64,000 bases of DNA, taken from positions 124,001 to 188,000 of the forward strand of contig NC_079239.1 of the NCBI RefSeq assembly GCF_027921745.1, in the 5' to 3' direction. The position numbers and the translations under genes are program-made. The number at the start of each line of letters is the position of its first letter. The stretch's first letter is position 1. Source of the stretch: Schizosaccharomyces osmophilus. Lineage: Eukaryota. Of this stretch, positions 22,925 to 33,848 are shown in pieces. Under the pieces are notes generated by a model, which made no database searches, was not told the origin of the DNA, and saw nothing but the letters and a program-made list of their open reading frames with translations.

Positions 22925-23584
22925 TCATTCCTTTCCCGTCAGACGAGAACCTGACTCGCTTTCCGAAGAATAATCTTCATTTCTCTGTTTCCATTTCCCT
23001 TTTAGAGTTCGTGGAGGATTGCCAGCTGCTTTAGGTTTCGGAGGCTTCTCAAAATTTTCCTGGTGAAATGGTCGAGCTGATCTTCGCCATTCCGGCGTCG
23101 CGTTTCTGCTAGACTTTTTCAAAGGAGTCTGTTTAAGGTTTCTCATTTCCTTCTTGTCCGTTGTTTCTGTTGCTCTTGGGAGAATTCGTTCTTTTGTCGC
23201 CTTCATGTATTCTTTTCCTGTAGTTTTCATCGTTCCTTCCACATTTTCCGTAGATTTCTTTTCTTTTTCATCCATAGATTTCGTAGGCTTCGTCTCGTTC
23301 TCCTGTTGTTTTCTTTTGTCAGCCTGGCTTTCGTTTTCCAGCTTCAGCTTTCGCATCTGCTTTTCCAAAAAAGCTAGTCCACCACCGCCGGGTCTGTACC
23401 GAGGAGTATCTTCTGGAGCAACATATCCAGGCCTGACTTGTATTTTTTGCCTCACGCTTCCATCTTTCCTTTTGCTTTCTGGGATAACGAGTTTGCCTTC
23501 AACCAAACGCGCTCTGTCATCAATTAATAATCTATTCTACAATTTCGTAAAAACGAACCCAGAAAAAGAATTTTCACCCTCCAT
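22925..23584 (-). CDS. mni1: PYM/WIBG Mago-Y14-binding protein Mni1
   Basis: VIPESKRKDGSVR...VRPGYVAPED Mago-binding motif; short exon 1 MEGENSFSG inferred at 23584. Confidence 0.85.
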
Positions 23585-23792
23585 TAGGGTATATACTTTA
23601 CCTTCAGTCAACCTGGATAGGTTCAATTCAGTTCTTGGTTTGTCCTCTTAGCGTTGCAGTACCAAAATCTTTCGTACCCCAAAAACGACACCATTGCTTT
23701 CGCATACCTTATTAAGCGTTGGTTTTCTTGATTTTTATTTTATGTATCTTTAATTCTGAATCATCGATTATCCTTTGGCCGATTAGCATGCC

Positions 23793-26700
23793 ATGGTATC
23801 GAGCGAGACGAACCGACCTTTGTCACGATGTGCTTTAATACGCAGGCGATTGCTGTTGTTTCTTCAGTCCCATGCATTGATGTACTCTTTCATGTGGTCT
23901 GAATCCGCCAAAAAGTCTTTGCTGAACGAAGTATTCTCTGCACTTTTGGGTTATGACCACACTTTATGGCAAGCTTTCTTGTCAGAAAAGCCCGTCATTG
24001 GACCTTCTTTTAAGCTACGTTACGCTCAAGGACATAGAGAAGGCGATGAATATCGTCCTGGTATATGCGGCCTTTCCTGTGGTCGTATATTCAAGAAAGG
24101 TGAGGTCTTTTATCGGTGCAAAACCTGCAGCATTGACAGTAACTCTGCCCTTTGCGTGAAATGCTTCCGAGCTACAAATCATCATGGGCACGAAACCTCC
24201 TTTACGATTAGTGCTGGAAGCGGAGGCTGCTGCGATTGCGGAAATCCCAGTGCTTGGATTCGCGATATGCCGTGTAAGATCCACAATTCGTCACAAAACG
24301 TAGGTGAAACACAAAGTGATATTCAAACAATTGATGAAAAACTTGCCTTAAGTATTAAGACAACGATCGAATGCGTACTGGATTTTATTCTTGACGTATT
24401 CCACTGTAGTCCCGAAAATTTGAAAAAAATGCCTACTTATGAATCGATTATTGAGGACGAACACTCTAGTCGGTTGAGCGAGGACAAGTATGGTGATATT
24501 GATGATTCATGCAATTTATACTCTTTAATGCTTTGGAATGATGAGAAACATTCCTTCAAGCAATTTTATGAACAAATTACCATTGCGTTCGATGCACCCA
24601 GCGATTCATTTGGACAAAGATTATCGAATATAATAAATGACACTGGAAGAGCTTGCGTGGTGACAGATTCAAATATAAAAGAATTATTAAGAATTGGTCA
24701 TAAACTTGCTCAGATAAATTTGACTGTAACTATACGGTCTATGAGGGACACATTTCGTGAGGAATGCTGCGGAGTTTTAGTGGAATGGCTTGCTGATATT
24801 GCTGGAAGCAAAGTATGCGGTGATGGAAGATATTTCAGAACTGTTATCTGCCAAGAACTTTTACGACCTTGGGTGTGTGGATTACAATCAAGTATTCACT
24901 CATTAAAATCCCCTTCTTACGCTGAATCCAAAATAGTCGCCATTGATAATCCAGATGCCTTCCTTAGTGAAACTCATGATCGGTCAGTGCAGATGCTATT
25001 ACAATCTGCTTTAGAAAATTCTGATGAGAATGAATTAGATGCTGATGCATTTCATTTTACTTCTCATTGGACACCTTCTTATGTAAAAAAGGGCAAGCAT
25101 GAAGTGTTATCGCAAACTCGTTTTGATTACTTTTTTTTGTATGACTTGAAGCTTTGGAAGAGCTTGAGATATAAATTGCAAGAACTTTACTTGGGTTATT
25201 TCATTAACGTGCCTGGATTTAAAGAGATTATGGGAGCCCGTATTGCTATCTTATATCGGAGGCTGGCCGAACTATTTCTGCTTTTAGACAGAGAACCTGA
25301 GCATTCTGTTATATTTTTTTCGATGCAGATCTTCACTGTTTTTGGAATAGCAAAAGTGTTAATAAGCGACTTTGATTTTTTGACAACTGTAAACGCAACT
25401 CTTTATACTTTTTTTACTTATAAGGTGTTGTCTGCTCCAAACTTTGTTGATGATCAAGCTATTATACGAGTTGATTCTGCAGCATTTCATTCTCGTAGGT
25501 ATATTCATATCTTTCATCACATACAGTTTATGTTGGGGATTGATTGTGTTGCTGAAGCAGTTCGCGAAGACCATCGCTTTTTGAGGCAGTATGTTGACTT
25601 TTTCTCACTTTTTCAAGGTATGAGTCCTTATACGCGTGCAATTTCACAGCATGTTGAATGGGAAAGCGATTCGTGGATGTACGTTTTGAACGTCAGTTTG
25701 CAAGTAGCAAAACTCTGTAGACATGTTGGAAATGTATTTTCCTGCTTAGATCCCGATAAACTGAAAGTTGCGATTGATTATTTAAATCAAACTATAATAC
25801 AACCTAGAAACCGTCCTGCTGATTCATGGAGTAACACTGAATCATCAACAACTGGGACGTGGAAAGACACGAATGGAATGATTCACTTGGTCGAGTATGA
25901 CATTGGTGCCCAACCTATTTCATTCCACCATCCCTTGCATTGGTTATTAACTTATCTATTAGCCTTTCATATGCGGAAGGTTGGTTATGAAAAAGCCTGG
26001 TGTGAAAGCGATCTTTTACGAGTCGTGGATCACCCTTTGAGAGTTTGCGCTTGGCTTGCCCAAATGCGCTCGAAACTGTGGATAAGAAATGGAACCACAC
26101 TTCGTGATCAAGCTCATCACTACAGAAATTTAAGTTTTCATGAATATACATTCGATTTGGATCTTACCTTACTACAACTTGTTTTGGTATACGGTAACCC
26201 GAATGTCGTTCTTCCCATATACTCAGAAAGATACCAACTCAGTGACCAATTTATAGGTAATTACTTCGCCCGGCATAAGCACTACGATGTGCCTCAATTA
26301 TCAAGCATGTTTGAAGAGTTTATGCTTTTGCTTATATCTTTAGTTAGCCATACAGCTATTTTGGACGACTGGAGTATGCGCGATAGCATAAAGTATGAAA
26401 TTGCACATCTACTTTGCTTTCAGTCCTTGTCGTATTCTGAAATAAGCAAACGCGTTTGCGAACATTTCTTAGATGAAAGAGATTTTGAAAAGACCTTACA
26501 TGAGATAACACATTTTCGACCAGCCGAAGGCATAAATGACACTGGAACTTTTGCTTTAAAGGATGAATACTTTAACCTAATAGATCCCTTTAGTGTTCAT
26601 TATTCCCGAAACCAACGTGAAGAAGCCGAAATAATACTTCGGAAAAAGTATGCAAAAAGGCACGATAAACAGCTGGATGATGTGGTATATGAAGCTTATC

Positions 26701-29684
26701 ATCCTATAATTACATCTACAAAAACACTTCACGTCCTTCAAAGTGATGCTTTTCTGGCGACTTTATGGCATTCTGTAAATTACTGTTACTTGTACCCATC
26801 TGATCGAGGTAAATGTGAAGGTCTTTTGTTGGCAACTTTGCATGCTTGTTTAATTGCCTTAAATGCGGAAAAGAACGGCGAACCAAGATTTGCTTTGAAA
26901 TTTTGCGAAACGAAATTTCCGGTAGTTAGAGGGCTCGATCAATCTTGCAACAGTTCAGATGTGTCTTTGTTTACAGTGTTGTATCAGATAAAAGATCATA
27001 CTGAGTTTGCTTTCGCAAGAAAAAAGTTGAACTATTTGTTCTCTATCTTAAAAGAGCGAATCCCTTCATGCTATGAAAAGTTATATCGGGAGACATTAAC
27101 GGTCTCTTCTTCTAAAGTTGCTCAGTCATTATCGGAAGCCGAAGAAGCAGAGCAACGTCAAGGAAAGATTCGTTTAGCTAAAGAACGACAACGACGTATT
27201 ATGGAACAGTTTCGTTTACAACAAAACAAGTTTTTAGAAAATAATACGGACTTTGAATTGTCTGATGCAGAAATGGACGACGCTGATACCTCCTCAATTA
27301 CAAGTTCACTCAGTACAAGGTTGTTTTTGGAACCTCCAGTCGAATCTTGTTTGCTGTGTCAAGAGGAACTTAGGGATAAGCGACCTTATGGTACACTCGC
27401 ATTCATTCAAAGGAGTTCTATACTTCGGTACTTGCCTTCCGCTGATCTTGCTAATTTACAGGAGATATATGATTTACCCGTCAATTTAGACCAGACACTG
27501 TCATCTCGTCCCTTTGGTATGGCAGCTCACAATAAGCATAATTTGGACGCTGTCGACAACTATCAGTCCTATACTTCAGATAAATCCTATTCAGAATTTG
27601 AAGGCGTCGATGATTTAGAATCAAAAGATATTTTGAAAGGATTTCCTTCGGATTCTTTGGACCGAGGATTGTACGCTAATAGTTGTGGACATTTAATGCA
27701 CATTGATTGCTTTAAAAATCTAATGACTACTGTAACATCAACTACCCGATCAAACCCTTATCGAAATCATCCCCACAATCTAAGCATGAAAGAGTTTCTG
27801 TGTCCACTATGCAAGGGTCTTTGCAACACGATTTTGCCTTTTCTTTGGAGGCCAAAGGAAGAATTGAATTCTTCTGAAGTCAAAACTAATGATTGCGCCT
27901 TGACATCATGGTTATTTCCTGCTCCTGTCCCTAATGAATTGATGTCAACAAACCAATTGTACTCATCAGCCGATACCAGTGCTCAAAGTATTGGTCCATA
28001 CAATCCCAACTTTTTGGACGTCTTGCAGAATACATTCAAAGATTCATTGAAGGACGTGTATACCCTTAACGCTGGGAACAAATCTACAGAAGACCTAACA
28101 TCAAATTCGGACAGCTATCTGAGTATAGCAGATTCTTCATCTTTTAAATCAATTCCAAGTGAAAGAAAGTCTTTGGAAGATCGCTTAGTTGTTTCTGAAG
28201 ACATATTTGAATTATATCGTCGATTAAATGAAGTAGTGGATTTAAACTCTTCCCTTTACTCGAGTGAGTATCTTCCTTTAAACGGTAAAATAACGAATGT
28301 CTTGAAGCTCTTTTCTTACACATTAGCCCAAGTCGAATTATCTGCCCGAGGAAACGTAAAAGCAGCCAACAATGCTTTGCCGGACGTTTGGCTTTACAAT
28401 ATCAGTAAAAAGCAACAAGTCTTTTTACGAGTCTTATCAGAGACAGTTAAAACGTACACGCTTTTGTGTGCTCATGACTCCGAAAAAAGCATAGATGGCT
28501 CGATGCAGGAATACGAGCTAATAAACTACTGCCAACAAAAAAGATTATTTGGAAAAGTTTTTCATTCATTGGAGTTTCCTCTAACGAATGCAATAAGTGA
28601 TGATAGAATTGAACCTCTACTAGAAAAGGATCCATTTCGTGAATTCGCAGAAGCAAGTGTTTCTGGCCTTGTGATGTGTGAAGAGTCATTTCATGTTTTG
28701 ACTCAGCTGTATTATTTGTCTGACATTGTCAAAAACTTGTGGGTTTTACTTAGAAGCAAAGCAGCTTTGGTGCAGCTTATGCATGACCAATCTATTGAAA
28801 TGTTGGATTCGAGCAGGCTTGAAGGATTTCAATCACTGGTATTTCGCATTTGGCAATTGAGTGGTTTGGCTAACCATTCAAATAATCCCGAGTATTTTAA
28901 CATCCATGATTTATACGATTGTCGAACTTTGTCTCTTCTTTACCATTTTATGGAAAGATTCGAGCTTGTTTTCCTAAGGAAGTCTGCTTTGCTGTGGTAC
29001 TGTCGTTATGGTGTATCTTTTGAGGGTCAAACAATAAAAGACGGTGCAGCAACATGTGAGTTAAAACGTTTAGAAAGTCGACTTCAGCTGGATAACTTAG
29101 AGACATTGGCAAGTAAATTACTGAATACGAATGATTCCCGGGAATGGTCGATTGTGGAATATTGGTGTAGATCCCTTGCACTTAATGACAGTTTATGCGA
29201 GTCTCCACGTTTATACAGTCCTTGCATTCCCGAATTGGTTTCCTTACCCTTTGAGCACGATAAATTATTTGAGCTTCTTTTGGGGAAAAAATGTTCCAAG
29301 TGTCTTTCGGAACCACTAGAGCCAGCTATCTGTCTATTTTGTGGACAATTTTTATGTTTTCAAAGCCATTGTTGTGCATTTAATGGTATTGGTGAATGCA
29401 ATTTACATATACAACAATGCGCCGGGGACGTTGGGATCTTTTTTATTGCCAAGAGATGTGCGATATTATATTTAAATCCACCACTTGGCAGCTTTGCGGT
29501 GGCCCCTTTTCTGGACACTTATGGTGAACCAGATCTTGGTTTACGGCGAGGTCGTTCTCAATATTTGTCCCAAAAACGGTATGATGAAAGTGTTAGGAAT
29601 ACATGGTTAAATGGGTTTGTACCTTCTTTCATTGCAAGGAAGCTGGACGGTGTGAATGATACTGGAGGCTGGGAAACTCTTTAA
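23793..29684 (+). CDS. ubr1: N-end-rule E3 ubiquitin ligase Ubr1
   Basis: UBR box (CGRIFKKGEVFYRC...GCCDCG), ClpS-like LWNDEKHSF, RING (CGHLMH..CPLC), C-terminal YGEPDLGLRRG. Confidence 0.96.
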   Translation: MVSSETNRPLSRCALIRRRLLLFLQSHALMYSFMWSESAKKSLLNEVFSALLGYDHTLWQAFLSEKPVIGPSFKLRYAQGHREGDEYRPGICGLSCGRIFKKGEVFYRCKTCSIDSNSALCVKCFRATNHHGHETSFTISAGSGGCCDCGNPSAWIRDMPCKIHNSSQNVGETQSDIQTIDEKLALSIKTTIECVLDFILDVFHCSPENLKKMPTYESIIEDEHSSRLSEDKYGDIDDSCNLYSLMLWNDEKHSFKQFYEQITIAFDAPSDSFGQRLSNIINDTGRACVVTDSNIKELLRIGHKLAQINLTVTIRSMRDTFREECCGVLVEWLADIAGSKVCGDGRYFRTVICQELLRPWVCGLQSSIHSLKSPSYAESKIVAIDNPDAFLSETHDRSVQMLLQSALENSDENELDADAFHFTSHWTPSYVKKGKHEVLSQTRFDYFFLYDLKLWKSLRYKLQELYLGYFINVPGFKEIMGARIAILYRRLAELFLLLDREPEHSVIFFSMQIFTVFGIAKVLISDFDFLTTVNATLYTFFTYKVLSAPNFVDDQAIIRVDSAAFHSRRYIHIFHHIQFMLGIDCVAEAVREDHRFLRQYVDFFSLFQGMSPYTRAISQHVEWESDSWMYVLNVSLQVAKLCRHVGNVFSCLDPDKLKVAIDYLNQTIIQPRNRPADSWSNTESSTTGTWKDTNGMIHLVEYDIGAQPISFHHPLHWLLTYLLAFHMRKVGYEKAWCESDLLRVVDHPLRVCAWLAQMRSKLWIRNGTTLRDQAHHYRNLSFHEYTFDLDLTLLQLVLVYGNPNVVLPIYSERYQLSDQFIGNYFARHKHYDVPQLSSMFEEFMLLLISLVSHTAILDDWSMRDSIKYEIAHLLCFQSLSYSEISKRVCEHFLDERDFEKTLHEITHFRPAEGINDTGTFALKDEYFNLIDPFSVHYSRNQREEAEIILRKKYAKRHDKQLDDVVYEAYHPIITSTKTLHVLQSDAFLATLWHSVNYCYLYPSDRGKCEGLLLATLHACLIALNAEKNGEPRFALKFCETKFPVVRGLDQSCNSSDVSLFTVLYQIKDHTEFAFARKKLNYLFSILKERIPSCYEKLYRETLTVSSSKVAQSLSEAEEAEQRQGKIRLAKERQRRIMEQFRLQQNKFLENNTDFELSDAEMDDADTSSITSSLSTRLFLEPPVESCLLCQEELRDKRPYGTLAFIQRSSILRYLPSADLANLQEIYDLPVNLDQTLSSRPFGMAAHNKHNLDAVDNYQSYTSDKSYSEFEGVDDLESKDILKGFPSDSLDRGLYANSCGHLMHIDCFKNLMTTVTSTTRSNPYRNHPHNLSMKEFLCPLCKGLCNTILPFLWRPKEELNSSEVKTNDCALTSWLFPAPVPNELMSTNQLYSSADTSAQSIGPYNPNFLDVLQNTFKDSLKDVYTLNAGNKSTEDLTSNSDSYLSIADSSSFKSIPSERKSLEDRLVVSEDIFELYRRLNEVVDLNSSLYSSEYLPLNGKITNVLKLFSYTLAQVELSARGNVKAANNALPDVWLYNISKKQQVFLRVLSETVKTYTLLCAHDSEKSIDGSMQEYELINYCQQKRLFGKVFHSLEFPLTNAISDDRIEPLLEKDPFREFAEASVSGLVMCEESFHVLTQLYYLSDIVKNLWVLLRSKAALVQLMHDQSIEMLDSSRLEGFQSLVFRIWQLSGLANHSNNPEYFNIHDLYDCRTLSLLYHFMERFELVFLRKSALLWYCRYGVSFEGQTIKDGAATCELKRLESRLQLDNLETLASKLLNTNDSREWSIVEYWCRSLALNDSLCESPRLYSPCIPELVSLPFEHDKLFELLLGKKCSKCLSEPLEPAICLFCGQFLCFQSHCCAFNGIGECNLHIQQCAGDVGIFFIAKRCAILYLNPPLGSFAVAPFLDTYGEPDLGLRRGRSQYLSQKRYDESVRNTWLNGFVPSFIARKLDGVNDTGGWETL

Positions 29685-30318
29685 CAATTTCATTGAAACT
29701 GATTTACAAATATTTATTGATATCTAAGGAGATTACAGTTAGGATAAATTATACTGGACCTGAAACACGCTTTTCCGTACATATTGTTTCTTGGTTTACA
29801 TTTTACACTCTTTAATTATGTTGTTTTTAACTTTTTCATTAGCATTAAATACCTTGATAAACATAGCGGAAAACACATTTGGCAATTTGTGAATGTAGTC
29901 GATTGGTTTCGTAAAAAAAAGTAAGTAGCAAATACTGAGTTTCAAGTTGGACGACACGTCTAGTCATTAAAAATAAAAGAGCAACATGCATCGAAGCGCC
30001 TTTTTCATTCAGACCAAAAGGCCGATTTGTTTACACTCACAGGTAACAAATAGAGTAACGGGACTTCCTCTGCAAAAATGTAAACTAAAAAAAAATTGCG
30101 GTGAAGGAAACGAGTCGAATTTTTTGCCAATTTAGGTAGACGTCTAGAATTTGTTTTTCATTGTTGTATGGGACAATAGCAGAGAAACAGAGCGAACGGC
30201 CAGGCGAAAAGAAGAACAGCAAGTTACCAGAAGCACTATACACTATAGGCAATTCATAGAAACGAAAAAGGGGTTTTCGGGGTATCAAACAGTTAAAGAA
30301 AAGAATAAAAAATTAAAA

Positions 30319-31114
30319 ATGTTCTTGTTGAGTCAAATTTCGGATATTATAAGCATTCATCCATCGAATTTCTGGAAACCCACGAAAGAAGCATTGGCAG
30401 AGGAGGTTCATAGAAAATACGCAAATAAGGTGGTTCAGGAAGTTGGACTTGCCATTTGTGTGTATGACTTTACGAAAATAGGAGAAGGAATCATTAAATA
30501 TGGAAATGGGTCCTCATTTATGAATGGTAAGGATGAATACAAGATTAAACAAAGGAAAAAGGTTTGGATGTAGAGAGCTAATATGAGACTCAGTTACTTT
30601 TCGGCTGATAGTGTTTCGACCGTTTCGGGGAGAAGTGATGCTAGGAAGAATCAAATCCTGCAGCGAAGATGGTATACGAGGTATGGGTGGTTCCTGTGGG
30701 TTTTAGAATGACACGGTGATTTGCAAATGCTGACAATGGATAGTAACGCTTGGATTTTTTGATGATTTGTTTATTCCGAAAGACATGTTGTTTGACCCAT
30801 GTGTGTATCGGCCAGAAGAGCGAGCTTGGGTATGGAAACTAGAAGGCGAAGAAGGACAGCCTGGACCCGAACTGTATTTTGATGTCGATGAAGAAGTTCG
30901 ATTTCAAATTGAATCTGAAGAGTTTGTTGATATTTCACCAAAGAGAAACAAGGGTGCGACTGCGGTTACTGGATCCGAAGCAATTGAATCCATGGCTCCC
31001 TATACCATTATTGTAAGTCGCTTCACTACGGAAGTTTTGGAATCGTGTTTAAGCTAACTATAATAGGCTTCCTGCGCAAGAGACGGTCTTGGCATTCCCG
31101 TCTGGTGGAAGTAG
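30319..31114 (+). CDS. rpc25: RNA polymerase III subunit Rpc25 (4 exons)
   Basis: MFLLSQISDII, KYANKVVQEVGLAICVYD, FRPFRGEV, DGLG..WW C-terminus. Confidence 0.93.
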
Positions 31115-31902
31115 TAAACAGGCTAGTAACAAAGTGCAAAAAAAAAGTAGTATACTTTTATTTAAAAGAAAAAGAAAGAGAAAACTATTTCCAATTCTCT
31201 ATATGAAATTCCCATTCTACATTTTGCCCAGTTCCTAATTTTTCTCTCTTATTGATTAAAGCAAAACTCCATTTGAATCGTTATTCATATCCAAAGGACG
31301 CTCTACCATTTCGTAAACCGGGTTTTCAGAACTTAATGTAACACGCTATTTTATATTTCGTATTTAATGCACCTCGTTATTTAAATACCGTGATCGTACG
31401 ACTCCCGTACCGAAAGAATTAAATTTTCCAATCGCAAGAGAGAAACGCTCGCAACATATTGGTAAAATTGCGTAACATCGCATCTCATTTGTGCGATATC
31501 CGCTTCTCTGACGTATTTGCTTTTCCCATATAAACAAACGAAGTTCTCGTCGTTCTGATTTGTCCTTGCATAGCATTGTAGGTTTCGGATATCGCGAAGC
31601 TCGTGTTTCAAGTTTCGCATTGCGAAACCAGAATCGTCAGCATTTCTCACCTTGTAGTTTCCGTACCTGTGCACTTCTATCTGTCCTTCTTCCAACTACC
31701 AAGCTTTTATTTAACAACAGTTCTCGTCAGTTTTGACAGGAAACAGTACTAATTTCTGTAATTTTTTATTTGTAGAAGAGGTTTGGAAGGATCAGCTTTT
31801 CCTGTGTCATTTCTTATTCACAAGACCCTCTCTCTGTTTGCTCTCTTATTTTTGTTTTTTCTCTTATTGTAGCATCCATTCCAACGTTATTGGTTGCCTC
31901 TC

Positions 31903-33294
31903 ATGCTCTCGAATCGGATTTCTCCAGCAGTAAGGTCCTCGAAGGCTTCTGCTTCTTCTTTGGGCGCTTTTGTTTTGGCTCGCTTGGCTCATACTCATCA
32001 CAAAGTATTGATCGTCGGTGGTGGCTCTGCCGGTATTTCTGCTGCCCACCAAATTTACAACAAATTTTCAAAGTATCGTTTTGCCAACGGGGAAGGCAAA
32101 GACGCCTCAATCAAATCTGGCGAAATTGGTATCGTCGATGGTGCTAAACATCATTACTATCAACCAGGATGGACCTTGACTGGTGCTGGACTTAGCTCTG
32201 TTGCCAAAAACCAGCGTGATCTCAGTAGCTTGGTCCCCAATGACAAATTCAAATTGCATCCAGAATTCGTACAATCTTTAAACCCCAAGGACAACAAAAT
32301 TGTAACTCAAGGCGGTCATGAAATCTCTTATGACTACCTCATCATGGCAGCCGGTATTCACTCCGACTTTGAGCGTATCAAGGGGTTAAACGAAGCTCTT
32401 GACAACCCTTCTGTTCCCGTTACTACCATCTACTCGGCCAAGCATGCTGACTCTGTTTTTCCCTTGATCCAAAAAACTACTTCTGGTACTGCCATCTTTA
32501 CCCAACCTAGTGGTGTTTTGAAGTGCGCTGGTGCCCCTCAAAAGATCATGTGGATGGCTGAGGATTATTGGCGCCGTCAAAATGTTCGCAATAACCTTCA
32601 AGTTTCTTTCTACTCTGGTTGCCCCACCCTCTTCTCCGTCAAGCGTTACTCGGATGCCTTGGAACGTCAAAATCAAACCCTTCACCGTAATGTTCATCTC
32701 AACTACAACAACAATCTTATAGAAGTAAACGGTAAGGAGCGTAAGGCCGTTTTCCAAAATACCGCTGACAATACCACTTTTGAACGCTCTTTCGACTTGT
32801 TGCACGCTGTTCCTTTCATGCGTGCTCACGACTTCATCGCTAAGAGCGATCTCGCTGACAACAGTGGCTACGTCGCTGTGAATCCCGCCACTACTCAATC
32901 GACTAAATTCCCTAATGTCTTTGCAATTGGCGATTGTTCTGGCCTTCCTACTAGCAAAACATACGCTGCTATTACTTCCCAAGCACCCGTCATGGTTCAC
33001 AACCTGTGGAGTTTGGTCAACGGTAAAAACTTGACTGCCGCTTATGATGGATATTCTTCTTGCCCATTGTTGACCGGCTACGGCAAACTCATTTTGGCTG
33101 AATTCAAGTACAACCAAGTACCCACCGAATCCTTTGGCAGATACTCTCGCTTCCTTGACCAGACTGTTCCTCGTCGTCCCTTCTATTATCTTAAGAAGGA
33201 TGTTTTCCCTTTTGTTTACTGGAACTTTGCCATGCGCAACGGTCAGTGGTACGGCAAGCGTGGTGTCTTCCCTCCTCACTTCACCGTCAACTAA
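31903..33294 (+). CDS. hmt2: Mitochondrial sulfide:quinone oxidoreductase Hmt2
   Basis: Mitochondrial presequence, VGGGSAG, YYQPGWTL, KCAGAPQK, YDGYSSCP. Confidence 0.95.
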   Translation: MLSNRISPAVRSSKASASSLGAFVLARLAHTHHKVLIVGGGSAGISAAHQIYNKFSKYRFANGEGKDASIKSGEIGIVDGAKHHYYQPGWTLTGAGLSSVAKNQRDLSSLVPNDKFKLHPEFVQSLNPKDNKIVTQGGHEISYDYLIMAAGIHSDFERIKGLNEALDNPSVPVTTIYSAKHADSVFPLIQKTTSGTAIFTQPSGVLKCAGAPQKIMWMAEDYWRRQNVRNNLQVSFYSGCPTLFSVKRYSDALERQNQTLHRNVHLNYNNNLIEVNGKERKAVFQNTADNTTFERSFDLLHAVPFMRAHDFIAKSDLADNSGYVAVNPATTQSTKFPNVFAIGDCSGLPTSKTYAAITSQAPVMVHNLWSLVNGKNLTAAYDGYSSCPLLTGYGKLILAEFKYNQVPTESFGRYSRFLDQTVPRRPFYYLKKDVFPFVYWNFAMRNGQWYGKRGVFPPHFTVN

Positions 33295-33848
33295 ATGAAA
33301 CATGACTTAGCTAAAGTCAATGCTAATTCTTGATTGGAGCACTGTCTTGCGTTTGCAGTCGGTTGTTCTCACTTTCCCATCTTTTGCAGGCTATGGGGTT
33401 ATTTAAATTTTCTTTGCAGCAATTTTGCGTTACTTTTTCCCCTTGTGATAAAATAACATTATTTATTTAAATAACTGTTTATTTCTTAGAAATTGGTTTT
33501 GTTTATATGTTTCTATGTATGTAATGATATTGCTCAACTGTTTTCAGCGAATTTTTAATGTAGCCTTGTTGTACTTTTAATAAACGTACGTACGCGCTTG
33601 GAAACTACTACATTCATTTTCAGTTTTGTTATATGTTCCATAAAGGTATGTACACGCGATTTACAGAGCGTGATATGCCTTCTATCAGGCATCAAAGCAT
33701 TTCATACTCAGATACATTCTAGTCTTTACAATACTATTCTTTGGGTTCTATACACAACATCATTCATTCGTAAACTACTTTCTCACATGTTGGCAATTTC
33801 CAATCTTTAAACATACAATTGTAATCAAACATTCCCGACATCGTCAGC

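Noticed and set aside
23154..23651. 165-aa hydrophobic ORF on the plus strand
   Set aside because: Antisense shadow of the Lys/Glu-rich mni1 CDS.
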